From: Chrysomallon squamiferum | Lineage: Eukaryota > Animalia > Mollusca | Length of the DNA stretch: 64,000 nucleotides | Assembly (NCBI GenBank): GCA_012295275.1 | Contig: CM022676.1 | Span: forward strand, 2,914,001-2,978,000 | Reading direction: 5' to 3' | In this document: piece after piece, positions 13,082 through 26,045 of the stretch | How positions within the stretch are numbered: position 1 is the first letter of the stretch | Layout: every line of letters begins with the position of its first letter | Made by a program: the position numbers and the translations under genes | Notes under the pieces: model-generated | What the model was told of the DNA's origin: nothing | Databases searched by the model: none | Seen by the model: the letters and a program-made list of their open reading frames with translations, nothing else

Positions 13082-14813
13082 ATTTGATTTACATTATATT
13101 TATAAAATATAATATTGCTGTAGCAATCATAAATTATAAATACAGATGTATACCCATATTATTATTAATACCAGTATTCTCTATACACACATATACGTGC
13201 ATTCATAACTGGACATACACACATACACAACCTCAGCAGCGCACAAAACATGAAACAGAAGAATTAAAATACAAATAGAAGCAAACTTGAAAACAATAAT
13301 ACACAAATAATGTGGAATTTTCAAAGACAAATGGATTAGTTACAGATGAGGAATTTCACTTTCGTTTTGGTAGAAAATTATTGTTTTATAACAAGAAAGA
13401 ACACGACTTCAAATGACTGAAAACAGCCTGGAATAACTTTTTGTAATTAACTTTACAGCAATAATTTTAATTGTTGTTCTAGATAATAGTATGTGTATTA
13501 ATTTCACTGTCTCTTAATTTATGACTATTCGTGTGTTACTTTGGAGACATTTATCATAGTAACGTGTCATCTGTGTGTTTTAATCATGGTTTTACAAAAT
13601 TGTTTGGTTCATCTCCGATTCCGGGATAGAGCTAAGAATCAAGGGAAATCACTCTGGGATAAAAGCACAAATGAATTCATGAGAGTTACATACTATTTAT
13701 TTATTTAGAATTATTTTTTTAAATTTATTTTTATTCGGGAGAAATATGTTATTTGTATTGTCAAAGAGTGCTGAGAAAAGCTTTTGTATACTGGTTTAAT
13801 TTATTTTTAACTTCTAAAAATTTTGATTATTCTTATTTTCGTGACTTTTGATTATAATATTTTTGATCGATTAGGTAATTAATTATATTTGCAGTTCGAG
13901 AACGAATTAATGAATAATTATATAAATAGATATGTCTGTAATATAAAATGTTACGCTATCCTATCCTATTCTATCCTATGGTATGCTATGCTATGCTGCA
14001 TTACACTACACTGCACTCTACTATACTATATTATTATATGACATATTATACTGTGCTATACCACAAATTAATTATTGTTGTACTTTCCTTTGAATGAAAA
14101 AAAATATAAAGTATAATTATGAAATTGCTTTTACATTTTGAAAAAAATTGAAAATAACTATTTTTTGAATTTTGTTTCATTTTAAATATTATATTCGAAT
14201 GTCAGTTAAAACTATTTATAGACAATAATATAATTATAAATGTGTTACTGTTTTAAAGTTTAGGATTCAATAAATGTTTGTATACATATTTTTGTTTTTG
14301 AGATAATGTAATCATAATGTATTGTGAAAATACTCGTTTCAATCGATTTTATTTTTTAGATACGGATAAAAGAGTTTACTTCTATTATTTTTATTTTTAT
14401 TTTATTAATAATTCGATTTTATATTATTATTATTATTATTATTAGTTTAATGTTTCATTTTCTTTCTTTCTCATTCGTGTATTATAACATTTTGCAATAA
14501 TAATGTATTTACATTCGAATGTTTTAATTTTAGGTATAGCAATAAAAGTTGTACATTTTAGCTTAATAAAATATTTCTAGATAATAATGTATTTTTATTT
14601 GCTTTCATTGTAAAAATGTGTAGTTGTCCCTGTGTTTTGGTTTTCATTTTGCTTTAAAATGTCAGGGATATTTAAAGAATAATGTGAAATTCTTAAATAG
14701 AAAAACAGAAAGACAGACAGAGAGACAGACATGCAGGCAGAAAGATAAACAGAGAATAGATTATATAAATATAATTTGAAATATCAAAGAAATAAAATAC
14801 TTTGAAAGTATTT

Positions 14814-14913
<100 letters not shown>

Positions 14914-16479
14914 AAACGGACCTAACTAATAAAAATTGAAATGGCTACACCTCAGTGTAAAACATCAACAGCTGAAGCTGTGAATCATATCTCCATAGCG
15001 TTGAAGACTGACTAATTAATAGAACAAATGTGACACAGAAAACGCAACGACTTTATATAAACGAATCGTGATTTAGCAATTCAACAGCTGCGGTATCATG
15101 AGTTAGTTTTTGTTGTTTTTTTCTCTCAGTTTCTGTGATACGCATAGACGACAGGCAACGGTCAACGGAAAAGAAGATTAATCAAAGAAAGATAACTCCT
15201 ACATATTTTATTAGTTGTATGAACATTTTCAAGTAACAGTTCTAATGATAATTTCTATTTTTGTGATGTTCCTGGTGTTTCTTTTGTGGTTGTTGTTTTT
15301 TTGTTTGTTTTTTTGCTTTTTTGTTGCTTTCTTGCAGAAAGTGTTGAGTATTCTGCACTTGGATTAATCAGCATGTATACACCAGCTGATCTGGTTTCTA
15401 CTCGCAAACATTTTCATCTCCCATTATTGAAGACACACACTATTTCTCGTTCTTTATTTATAAAAAGACACTGACATAAACCTTCATATGCAAACACAGA
15501 CACACACACACAAATACAAAGACAGACACATACACATACACTACATATAAGCTCAAGCAGAAAGGAGTCATACAACAGTACAAAAGCCTGCACCTGCGCA
15601 CGCAGTCTCTTTGCGTACTGTATACGTACATTGGAACATACATAAACAAACAGGACAGACACAAACTCTCTATTACAGAAATATGTATACACGGACTCAT
15701 ACTGGTGTACAAAATTCTATACATTCTCTCACTCGTGTACACATTGTGACACACTTTCACATACTCATAATTGTTTACACTTTCATATACCCTCACGTAT
15801 ATTCACATTACACACATGATTTCAAATACTCACTCTGTGCCTAAACTCTCACACACTCACTTTGCATACGTATATTCGTATACTCAGTCTATCAATATCA
15901 GCAGCTGTGTATGTGTATAGTATGTTTATATGTGTAAAATGAATATGTGAGAGTGAATATTTGAGCGCATGCTAGTAAGTAAATGAGTTTTGTGTTTAGT
16001 GTCAGATACTCAGTCTGGCGCATAAACTCACACACTCACACATAACTGAGTTTGGATACGTATATTCATATACTCTGACACGTAAATGCTCTCATATTCG
16101 TAAATACACTCACATTGTACAAATACATTTATATACACATTGGTGCACGCTCTCTCACATACACAACTATATACGCTACAGACATGCATTCAAATACTCA
16201 CTGTGGCACATAAAATCTCTCGTACCTTTTCATATACTCACACTAAACACAAAACTCATTTGACTCACTAGCTTACGCTGAAATACTCACATATACTTAT
16301 TACACAAGTAAACATACTAAGCACAAACACATATAGACTCACGCTCTGGCACATCCACATCCAAATATTCATACAATCATATACGAATACTCTTACATAC
16401 ACACAACATACGTAATCACACATACTCACACTACACACATATCCTCACAAAGTAACATTATCACACGTATCACACTGTC

Positions 16480-16935
16480 AAAATAATTATTTGAACGTAT
16501 AGTGACTTTTTACTTTATTTTTCATAAAATATAATTAGAAGTATATTAAGACGAAAACAAGTACTTATTTTTATATCTAAAAGTGTACCTTTTTTAAAAT
16601 TGAAAGTATTTATTGTTTTGTTTTCCTGGAAACAGTCAAACGTTTACTGGGAAGTAATTAACACACAGGTCACATTGCTGAAGGTGACGTTTCTAGAAGG
16701 TAAGTTTTTCTTTTTTCTTATCACTGATTTTTCTGTAGATGCATTTCGGAACCTAGAACTAGTTTTAAAACAAGTACAGTGAACTAGTGGATATTTGTTG
16801 AAGGTATATAGTATACTTTAGATGTAATATATAATATATAAAGAATACAGAATTTATGTAATGAATTTTGCCACGTAGTACAGTGACCTCTTTAACAGTG
16901 ATTATCAAAATGTACCTCCAAGGTAGTCCGTCGTT
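16480..16935 (+). repeat. Single 5'-truncated upstream module of copy 3
   Basis: Near-identical to 1081-1530; donor at 16700; the AGGTCAAAGTTCG part is missing. Confidence 0.75.
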
Positions 16936-17078
16936 TTAATTATAACAACAACGACAACAACAACAACAACAAGAACAACAACAATAGCACATACACAAAC
17001 ATACAAATGTTTTGTTTATTTTAAAATAAATGTTTTTTTCTTTCTTATCATTTTCTGTATTAATTTCGTGATAACAAA

Positions 17079-18831
17079 ATGGCTGCAGCAGAAGCTGATA
17101 CTGTGGAAAATGTAATAAACACTGAAGAAACCGAAGTCGTGGATGACGTATCCACCACTCGAGAAACAGAAGTAAAATCTACTTCCGGTTTTGTTGATAA
17201 TTGGCAACATGAACGAACTATCACTGAAAGTCTCCGATATTCTCTCAAGGAAAACATTCTCTGTGACGTCGCATTCATTGTCGGAGAGGAGAGGACACGT
17301 ATCCAAGCTCACAAGTTGATACTGAGTCTGCGCAGCCGGGTGTTTCAGGCCATGTTGACAGGAGAGAAGAAAGAACAGGATGATATTGTAATCCCAGACA
17401 CTGAAGCAGAAATATTTCAGTCGTTTTTAGAGTAAGAAATTAGTGTCCTGTTTATTTTATTTTATTTTATTCTTTTTATTTAGTTTTGAAACTATTTTCT
17501 TCGTTTTATGTTAATTTGTATACAGATTTTATTTTATACTGATGATAATGCACGTAGAGGTATTAATTTAATATGTTTGTCTCTATGTATGTATATTCGC
17601 ATGCTTGTGTTTTTGTATACGTATTTTTATATATCTGTGTGTTACTGTGTGTTTGTTATACGTACATTTCGGTAAGAGTATATACATGTGTGTGCTTGTA
17701 TCTGTATGTGTGTGTGTGCATATATGTTTTCTTTTATTCTGCAGATTTCTTTATACTGATGAAACGGATTTTAAAGCCGACAACGTCAACCGATTGCTAA
17801 TCCTTGCCAGGAAGTATGACGTCATTCATCTAGAAAAGAGATGTCTTCACTACCTTGAAACGGAAATGACAATTGACAAGGCATGCATCGTTTTGGAAGA
17901 ATCTCACACTTCTAAAGAAGACAATTTCATGAAAACGTGTCTCAGATATATATGGGAAAACGGCGAAGCTGTACTGAATTCAGAGAGTTTCACAGATCTC
18001 TGTCGTGAATGTCTAGGAAAGATAATAGAATCTGATGAACTGAACGCCACTGAGGAGACAGTTTTTCAGTCATGCATGAAATGGAGTAGAGCTGAGTGCA
18101 GACGACAGGAAAAAGAAATAACTTCAGCAAACCAACGTGAAATGCTGAGAAAATAGCTGTACCTCATTCGCTTTCCTCTTCTCGACTCAGAGTATTTTAA
18201 AAAAAGGATTTTGTCTAGAAATATTTTAAATGGGCCTGAGAAATATCAAATGTTATTCTGCTATGTCTACCCAGAGAAAGATATGTCACTTTTCAGCAAA
18301 AGCCGCAGACTTGGTACAAAAAAGAAACTAATCAAAATTGATCGATTTCAAAATATGCGTGTCGATGATTATCTTTACTCTTACTATGATACGATAACCT
18401 TTTGTTTAAACATGAATGCTTCTTTGAAAGGTTTTAGTATTCTCACTACTCCAAGAGAAAGTAAACAGCAAACGAGTGTAGGTATTTATCAGCGTGCTCT
18501 AGCACAAAGAAATAGAACAGTTTCAATCAAAGCCAGTGTTTGTGAAGTTTCAACCGACGTAGAGGTGCTAGAATCTTCAGTAGATAAAAAAATCGATGAG
18601 TCTGATTGTGAAATTGACTTTCCAAGTCCTTTGGACATAAAGAAAAAAGTAAAGTATAACCTGACTGTTCACACTGGAGAAAGAGTTTCATATAAGACAA
18701 TTAACAGACAAGGCGAGATAAGTGAAGGTTTTCTGAAGTGTACCTTGTCCGATAGCAAAACATGTTTTCATACTCCTGGCAAGTACTGCAGTAAAACAAA
18801 CTTTATATCGGGATTAATATTCCTCGTGTGA
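17079..18831 (+). pseudogene. BTB-BACK-PHR copy 3 with in-frame nonsense codon; exons 17079-17431 and 17745-18831
   Basis: TAG at 18154-18156 where paralogs have GAG (KELYLIRFP); the same frame continues to TGA at 18831. The TTCAG 10 nt before the ATG in all other copies reads TTTCG here. Confidence 0.82.
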
Positions 18832-20331
18832 ATTTCATTTACATTATATTTGTAAAACACGTTATTGCTGTATCAATTATACATTATAAATACAGATTTA
18901 AAGCATTTGCAGTGATCATTCTAACAGTTGCTTTAGGTAATATGGTATTATTAATTTCATTGTCTGATAACTTATAACTGTTGGTGCCTTACTTTGGAAA
19001 CATTTATCATAGTAACGTGTCATTTGTGTGTTTTAATCATGGTTTTACAAAATTGTTTGGTTTAACTCCGATTCCGGGATAGAGTGAACAAACAATGGAA
19101 ATCACTGTGCGATAACAGCACAGCTGATTTCATCAGACATATTTGTGAATATTTATTTTAAATTATTTATTTATTGATTTATTGATTTTAAATAATTTGT
19201 TTATTATTTTCAATTTTTTCTTATTCTGGAGAAATATTTTATCTTATTGTCAAAGGATACTGAGAAAAGATTTTGTATACTCTTTTAATTTCTTTTTACG
19301 TTTTAAGAATTTGATTATTATTATTTTCGTGACTCTGGATTATAAGATTTTTCACTGATAAGGTAATTAATTGTATTTGCTGTTCGAAAACGAACGAATG
19401 AATAGCTGTATATATAAACATGTCTGTAATTTAAATATTATACTATCCTAGGCTATGCTATGCTACACTACACTACACTGCACTGCATTATACTATATTA
19501 TACGATAATATACTATGCTATAGTACTCTACAGTATAGTATTCTATACTATACTTTACCATGCTATACTATAAAATATAATTATAAAATTGCCTTTACAT
19601 TTTGAAAAAATTACAAATAACTATTTTTAATTTTATTTTCATTGCGAATATCCATTTTGTTTTTAATAATTATAATTAATTTTAAATGAATAAATGGTTC
19701 ATTCTAAAGATTATATTTAAATTGTAGACTACAGACAATAACATAATTCTATTTATTGCTTTTTAAATTTAGGATTCAGTAAATATTTGTATACATATAT
19801 ACACGTAGAGATAATGTAATCATCGTGTATTTTGAAAGTGCACGTTTCTCTCAGTTTTACTTTTTAGATATGTATAAAATATTTGTGGATAATGATCTAA
19901 GTTTATTTCTATTATTATTTTATTTCATTATACTATTATTATTCCTCTTTTAATGTTTTGTTTTCTTTCTTTCTCAACGTGAATTATAATATATTGTAAT
20001 AATGATGTATTTACATTCGTAAGTTTTATTTGTAAATTGTAATAATAGTTATCTTATTAAAATATTTGCAGATAATAACGTATTTTTATTTGTTTTCAAA
20101 ATGTAAAAATGAAAGTAATTTGCTTTTCATTTTATTATATAAGGTTAGGGATATTTAAAGAACCATTTAAAATTCATAAATAGACAAACAGACAAACAGA
20201 CAGACAGACATAGAGATTACATACAGAATAGACCTTATAACTACAAATTGAAATAATCATAAACACCAAATAGTCTGAATGATATTTGAAGGAAGCAGCA
20301 TGAAGAACTATAGATAATAGAGACAGGCAGA

Positions 20332-20441
<110 letters not shown>

Positions 20442-20749
20442 TCTATTTAAGTCACTTGTCTTTTTATTACGTAGGTATATAAATATATCTGATATTTACT
20501 GTCTGCTGAAATGCAGTTATATAAAATATCCATTACCTGTATGATCGTGTATGTGTCTGGCTGATTATCGGATAAGTATATAATATTTGCCTTCAAAAAT
20601 GTATCCATGCATCATGATCAAATTGCAGCATTTATATTTAACCAAGGGCTTCTTTGATACATTTACCAGGCACCTTCGACTTGAACAATATCTCATTTAT
20701 GGTCACGTGAATCACAGTAACCACATGACAACATTGCAGCTCCAGTGAT

Positions 20750-20949
20750 NNNNNNNNNNNNNNNNNNNNNNNNNNNNNNNNNNNNNNNNNNNNNNNNNNN
20801 NNNNNNNNNNNNNNNNNNNNNNNNNNNNNNNNNNNNNNNNNNNNNNNNNNNNNNNNNNNNNNNNNNNNNNNNNNNNNNNNNNNNNNNNNNNNNNNNNNNN
20901 NNNNNNNNNNNNNNNNNNNNNNNNNNNNNNNNNNNNNNNNNNNNNNNNN
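20750..20949. other. Assembly gap (200 N)
   Basis: Run of N of round length. Confidence 0.99.
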
Positions 20950-20963
20950 ATTATTATTATCGG

Positions 20964-21030
<67 letters not shown>

Positions 21031-21790
21031 TCTATTATTATAACGGCGCATCTTCTCGAAGGTACATTTTGATAAACATTTATGAGAAGAGCACGGTACT
21101 ACGTGACAAAATTCATTATATACATTCAGTATTCTTTAGTATACAAACCTTCAACAAATAACCACTATTACCTGTATTTGTTTTAAAGAGACAATTACGT
21201 TACGAAAAATCAGTAATAAGAAAAATATTTGTTTCTAACGAAAAGAAAAACTTACCTTCTAGAAACGTCACCTTCAGCAGTGTGTCCTGTATGTAAATTA
21301 CTTCCTAGTAAACATCTGACTTTTTCAAGGAAAACAAAGCAATAAATACTACTTTCAATTTCAAATTAACTCTTTTAGAAATAATGATAAGTACTAGTTA
21401 TTATCTTAATTTATTCCTATTTTCATTTTATGAAAACTAAATTAAAAATCACTTTACCATTGAAATAATTATTAACGTAATTGAGCAGTTTTATTTTTTA
21501 AAAGTTATCCATCCGAACTTTGACCTGTTTTTTATGATCTAGGCGTTTCAGGAAAGATAAAATTATTTTCCTTGGTAATGAAATTAAACATCTATATCCA
21601 GAATAGTATCAGATTTTCCATGTTATAGCTGATAGTTTATTCAGATAATTTGGGTTTATTCTTTATTTAATTTCTTTTAATTTTTAACTTTTTAAATTTA
21701 AAAACGAAAACAAAAAAAAGGAAATAATACTTCCATTCTTTTCAATTGTTTAATTTTTAATTTTTATTTTTTATTTATTTTTTATTTTTT

Positions 21791-21826
<36 letters not shown>

Positions 21827-24160
21827 TTATTTATTTATTTTTGGTGGGTGAGTGGTCTTTTGTTGGATTTTTTCCTTGCTTTTACTTCATATTATCATTA
21901 TTTTTTAATACTTTTATCATTCTCTTTTTCATTATTATTATTATTGTTATTATTATTATTATTATTATTATAGCGGCGACCTTTCTCGAAGGTAAAGTTC
22001 GATAATAACAGTTAACTAGGTCACTGTACTACGTGACAAACTCGATCTCACACATTCTTTACTGAAGTCGCGGGAAATGGGGTATTTCCTAGTTGCTAAT
22101 AATAGAAATAAAACCAGTAGATAAAACTGATATCTATCTACATTTGAAACTCTGAATGATATTTTAGCTGAACTAGATGTCAGCTTCACAGTTTGCTTTG
22201 CTGACGCAGTGGACATGGTGTAAAATGTTTAATTTCAAATTAGGAACATTTAGTTATTGTATCGGAAACATTCCTTATCTAAAGACTGATCTTCCCCTGT
22301 ATTCATTACATGTACATCCAATACACATTGCATACCTTTAACACATAACCAAGATTTCACTGTATTTGTTTTAAACTGACAGTTACGTTTTGAAATGTAT
22401 CTAGAGAAAATTCAGTAATAAGCAAAGTGTGCTGTGTGTAAATTAAAGAGGAGTGGGTAATAAAATTAAATATTTATTTTCAGTGATTAAACTCAGATGT
22501 TCCAGGTTCCAAATGTCAGTTTAATTAGGCCCGTTTGTTCGTTTGTTTTTTGCTGGTATTTTTTTTATTTTAGATAGGGTGTCTTTGTTATTATTTGTAT
22601 ATATTTCTTATTTTTCTTCTTCTTCTTCTTCTTCTTATATCTTGTTTTCCGATTTCTCAGCGGCGAATATTCTCGAAAGTAAAGTTTGATATCATAGTTA
22701 CTAAGTTACAGTACTACGTGGTAATATCGTTTACAGAGATTTCTATTCTTTATGTATACATCCAAACTACACTGCAAACCTTCAACAGATAACCACTATT
22801 TCACTGTCTTTGTTTTAAATGCATAATCAGGTTTCAAAATATATCTACAGAAAAATCAGTAATAAGAAAAATCTTTGTTTCTAACGAAAAGAAACGCTTA
22901 CTTTGTAGAAACGTCACTTTCAGAAATGTGTCCTGTATGTAAATTACTTCCTAGTAAACATCTGACTTTTTACAGGAAAATAAAGCAATAAATACTAGTT
23001 TCAATTTCAAATTAACTCTTTTAGAAATAATGATCAGTACCAGTTATCATTTCAATTTATTCCTAATTTTATTTTATGAAAACTAAATAAAAGATCAGTT
23101 TGTGATTGAGATAATTATTAAGATAATTAATAATTTTTACTTTTAAAAGTTTTCTATCCGAACTTTGACCTGCTATTTTTGATCTGGGTGTTTCAGGGAA
23201 GATAACTCTTATACAAACATTGATCATTAAAGTATTAAGAAACCTTCGACATTATTTAATATAAATTAAATATTCATATCGAAAAAAATTCTCACATGCA
23301 CCATGTTTTATCCGACACTTTACTTAGATCTGGGCTTATATATAGAATTTTCTCGAGGTTAAGTTTGATAATAATTGTTAACTAGGTCACTGTACTACGT
23401 GACAAACTCGATCTCTCACATTCTTTACTCAAGTCGCGTATTATGGGGTGTTTCACAGGTGCTAATAATAGAAATAAAATAAATAAATAAAACTGCTATC
23501 TATCTACATCTGTGTACGTTCTGAACGATATTTTAGCTGAACTAGATGTCAGCTTCACACTTTGGTTTGCTGACGCAGTGGATAAGGCGACAAGCAATGG
23601 CGAAGAGACAACAATCCTAACAACTGTGAACAGACAAATACTGAAATAACCAACACTTCACTGCATTTGTTTTAAACAGATTATTAGGTATCTACAGACA
23701 AAGCGGTAATCGGAAAAAACATTTGTTTCTAACACAAGTAAAAACTTACCTTCCAGAAATTTCACCTTTAGCAGTCTGTCCTGTCTGTAAATTGTTTCCC
23801 TGTAAACATCCCGCGGTATCCAGGAAAACAAAACAATAGATACTAATTTCAATTTAAAAATTACACTTTTAGATATAACTATAAGTGGTATATATCATCT
23901 TAATTTATTCCTAATTTTATTTTATGAAAACTAATTAAAAAATCACTTTACCATTGAGATGATTATTGATGTAATTAAGAGTTTTTAAAAGTTTTCCACT
24001 CGAACTTTGACCTGCGTTTTGTGAGCTAATGTTTCAGTGAAGATAACTCTTACACAAACACTGATCCTTAAAGTATTAAGAAGAGTCTGAAAAAATTAAT
24101 TTTCAGTTATCGGTAATGAAATTAAATATTTATTTTGAACATAATTTTTACAAATATAAT
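20950..24160 (-). repeat. Upstream module block (3 copies) pointing into the gap, with no visible gene
   Basis: Minus-strand donors at 21255, 22901, 23749; collinear with 34130 onward. Confidence 0.75.
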
Positions 24161-24269
24161 ATTTATCGAAGTGTCACTTTTTTTATGTGTTTTTTTTCTT
24201 CTTTTTTTCTTTTTTTTTCTCTCACTATCTTCTTTCATTCCCCATTATTTTGTTATTTTCCTGCGTCGT

Positions 24270-26045
24270 TTTAGTATTAATAAGAGTAGTTGCACTAGTT
24301 CTAGTATTAGTAAGAGTAGTAGCAGTAGTGTTAGTATTAGTAAGAGTAGTAGCGGTAGTGTTAGTAGTAGCAGTAGTGTTTGTAGTAGCAGTAGTGTTAG
24401 TAGTAGCAGTAGTTTTAGTATTAGTAAGAGTAGTAGCAGTAGTGTTAGTAGTAGCAGTAGTGTTTGTAGTAGCAGTAGTGTTAGTAGTAGCAGTAGTTTT
24501 AGTATTAGTAATAGTAGTAGCAGTAGTAGTGTTAGTAGTAGCAGTAGTGTTTGTAGTAGCAGTAGTGTTAGTAGTAGCAGTAGTTTTAGTATTAGTAATA
24601 GTAGTAGCAGTAGTGTTAGTAGTAGCAGTAGTGTTTGTAGTAGCAGTAGTGTTAGTAGTAGCAGTAGTTTTAGTATTAGTAATAGTAGTAGCAGTAGTGT
24701 TAGTAGTAGCAGTAGTTTTAGTATTAGTAATAGTAGTAGCAGTAGTTTTAGTATTAGTAAGAGGAGTAGCAGTAGTTTTAGTATTAGTAATAGTAGTAGG
24801 AGTAGTTTTAGTATTAGTACTAGTAGTAGCAGTAGTGTTAGTAGTAGCAGTAGTGTTAGTAGTAGCAGTAGTTTTAGTATTAGTAATAGTAGTAGCAGTA
24901 GTGTTAGTAGTAGCTGTGGTTTTAGTATTAGTAATAGTAGTAGCAGTAGTGTTAGTAGTAGCTGTAGTTTTAGTATTAGTAATAGTAGTAGCAGTAGTGT
25001 TAGTAGTAGCAGTAGTTTTAGTATTAGTAATAGTAGTAGCAGTAGTGTTAGTAGTAGCAGTAGTTTTAGTATTAGTAAGAGGAGTAGCAGTAGTTTTAGT
25101 ATTAGTAATAGTAGTAGGAGTAGTTTTAGTATTAGTAATAGTAGTAGCAGTAGTGTTAGTAGTAGCAGTAGTGTTAGTAGTAGCAGTAGTTTTAGTATTA
25201 GTAATAGTAGTAGCAGTAGTGTTAGTAGTAGCTGTGGTTTTTATTATTAGTAAGTAGTAGTAGCAGTAGTGTTAGTAGTAGCTGTAGTTTTAGTATTAGT
25301 AATAGTAGTAGCAGTAGTGTTAGTAGTAGCAGTAGTTTTAGTATTAGTAATAGTAGTAGCAGTAGTGTTAGTAGTAGCTGTAGTTATAGTATTAGTAATA
25401 GGAGTAACAGTAGTGTTAGTAGTAGCAGTTGTTTTAGTATTAGTAATAGTAGTAGCAGTAGTGTTAGTAGTAGCTGTAGTTTTAGTATTAGTAATAGTAG
25501 TAGCAGTAGTGTTAGTAGTAGCAGTAGTTTTAGTATTAGTAATAGTAGTAGCAGTAGTGTTAGTAGTAGCTGTAGTTTTAGTATTAGTAATAGTAGTAGC
25601 AGTAGTGTTAGTAGTAGCAGTAGGTTTTTTAGTATTAGTAATAGTAGTAGCAGTAGTTTTAGTATTAGTAATAGTAGTAGCAGTAGTGTTAGTAGTAGCT
25701 GTAGTTTTAGTATTAGTAATAGTAGTAGCAGTAGTGTTAGTAGTAGCAGTAGTTTTAGTATTAGTAATAGTAGTAGCAGTAGTTTTAGTATTAGTAATAG
25801 TAGTAGCAGTAGTGTTAGTAGTAGCAGTAGTTTTAGTATTAGTAATAGTAGTAGCAGTAGTTTTAGTATTAGTAATAGTAGTAGCAGTAGTGTTAGTAGT
25901 AGCAGTAGTTTTAGTATTAGTAATAGTAGTAGCAGTAGTTTTAGTATTAGTAATAGTAGTAGCAGTAGTGTTAGTAGTAGCTGTAGTTTTAGTATTAGTA
26001 ATAGTAGTAGCAGTAGTGTTAGTATTAGTAATAGTAGTAGCAGTG
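24270..26045. repeat. (AGT)n-derived compound satellite with 48-bp and 30-bp higher-order units
   Basis: Recurrent AGTTTTAGTATTAGTAATAGTAGTAGCAGT with or without AGTGTTAGTAGTAGCAGT. Confidence 0.95.

Noticed and set aside
20450-20749. Unique, more GC-balanced sequence before the first gap as an exon
   Set aside because: No recognisable protein in any frame I translated; truncated by the gap.
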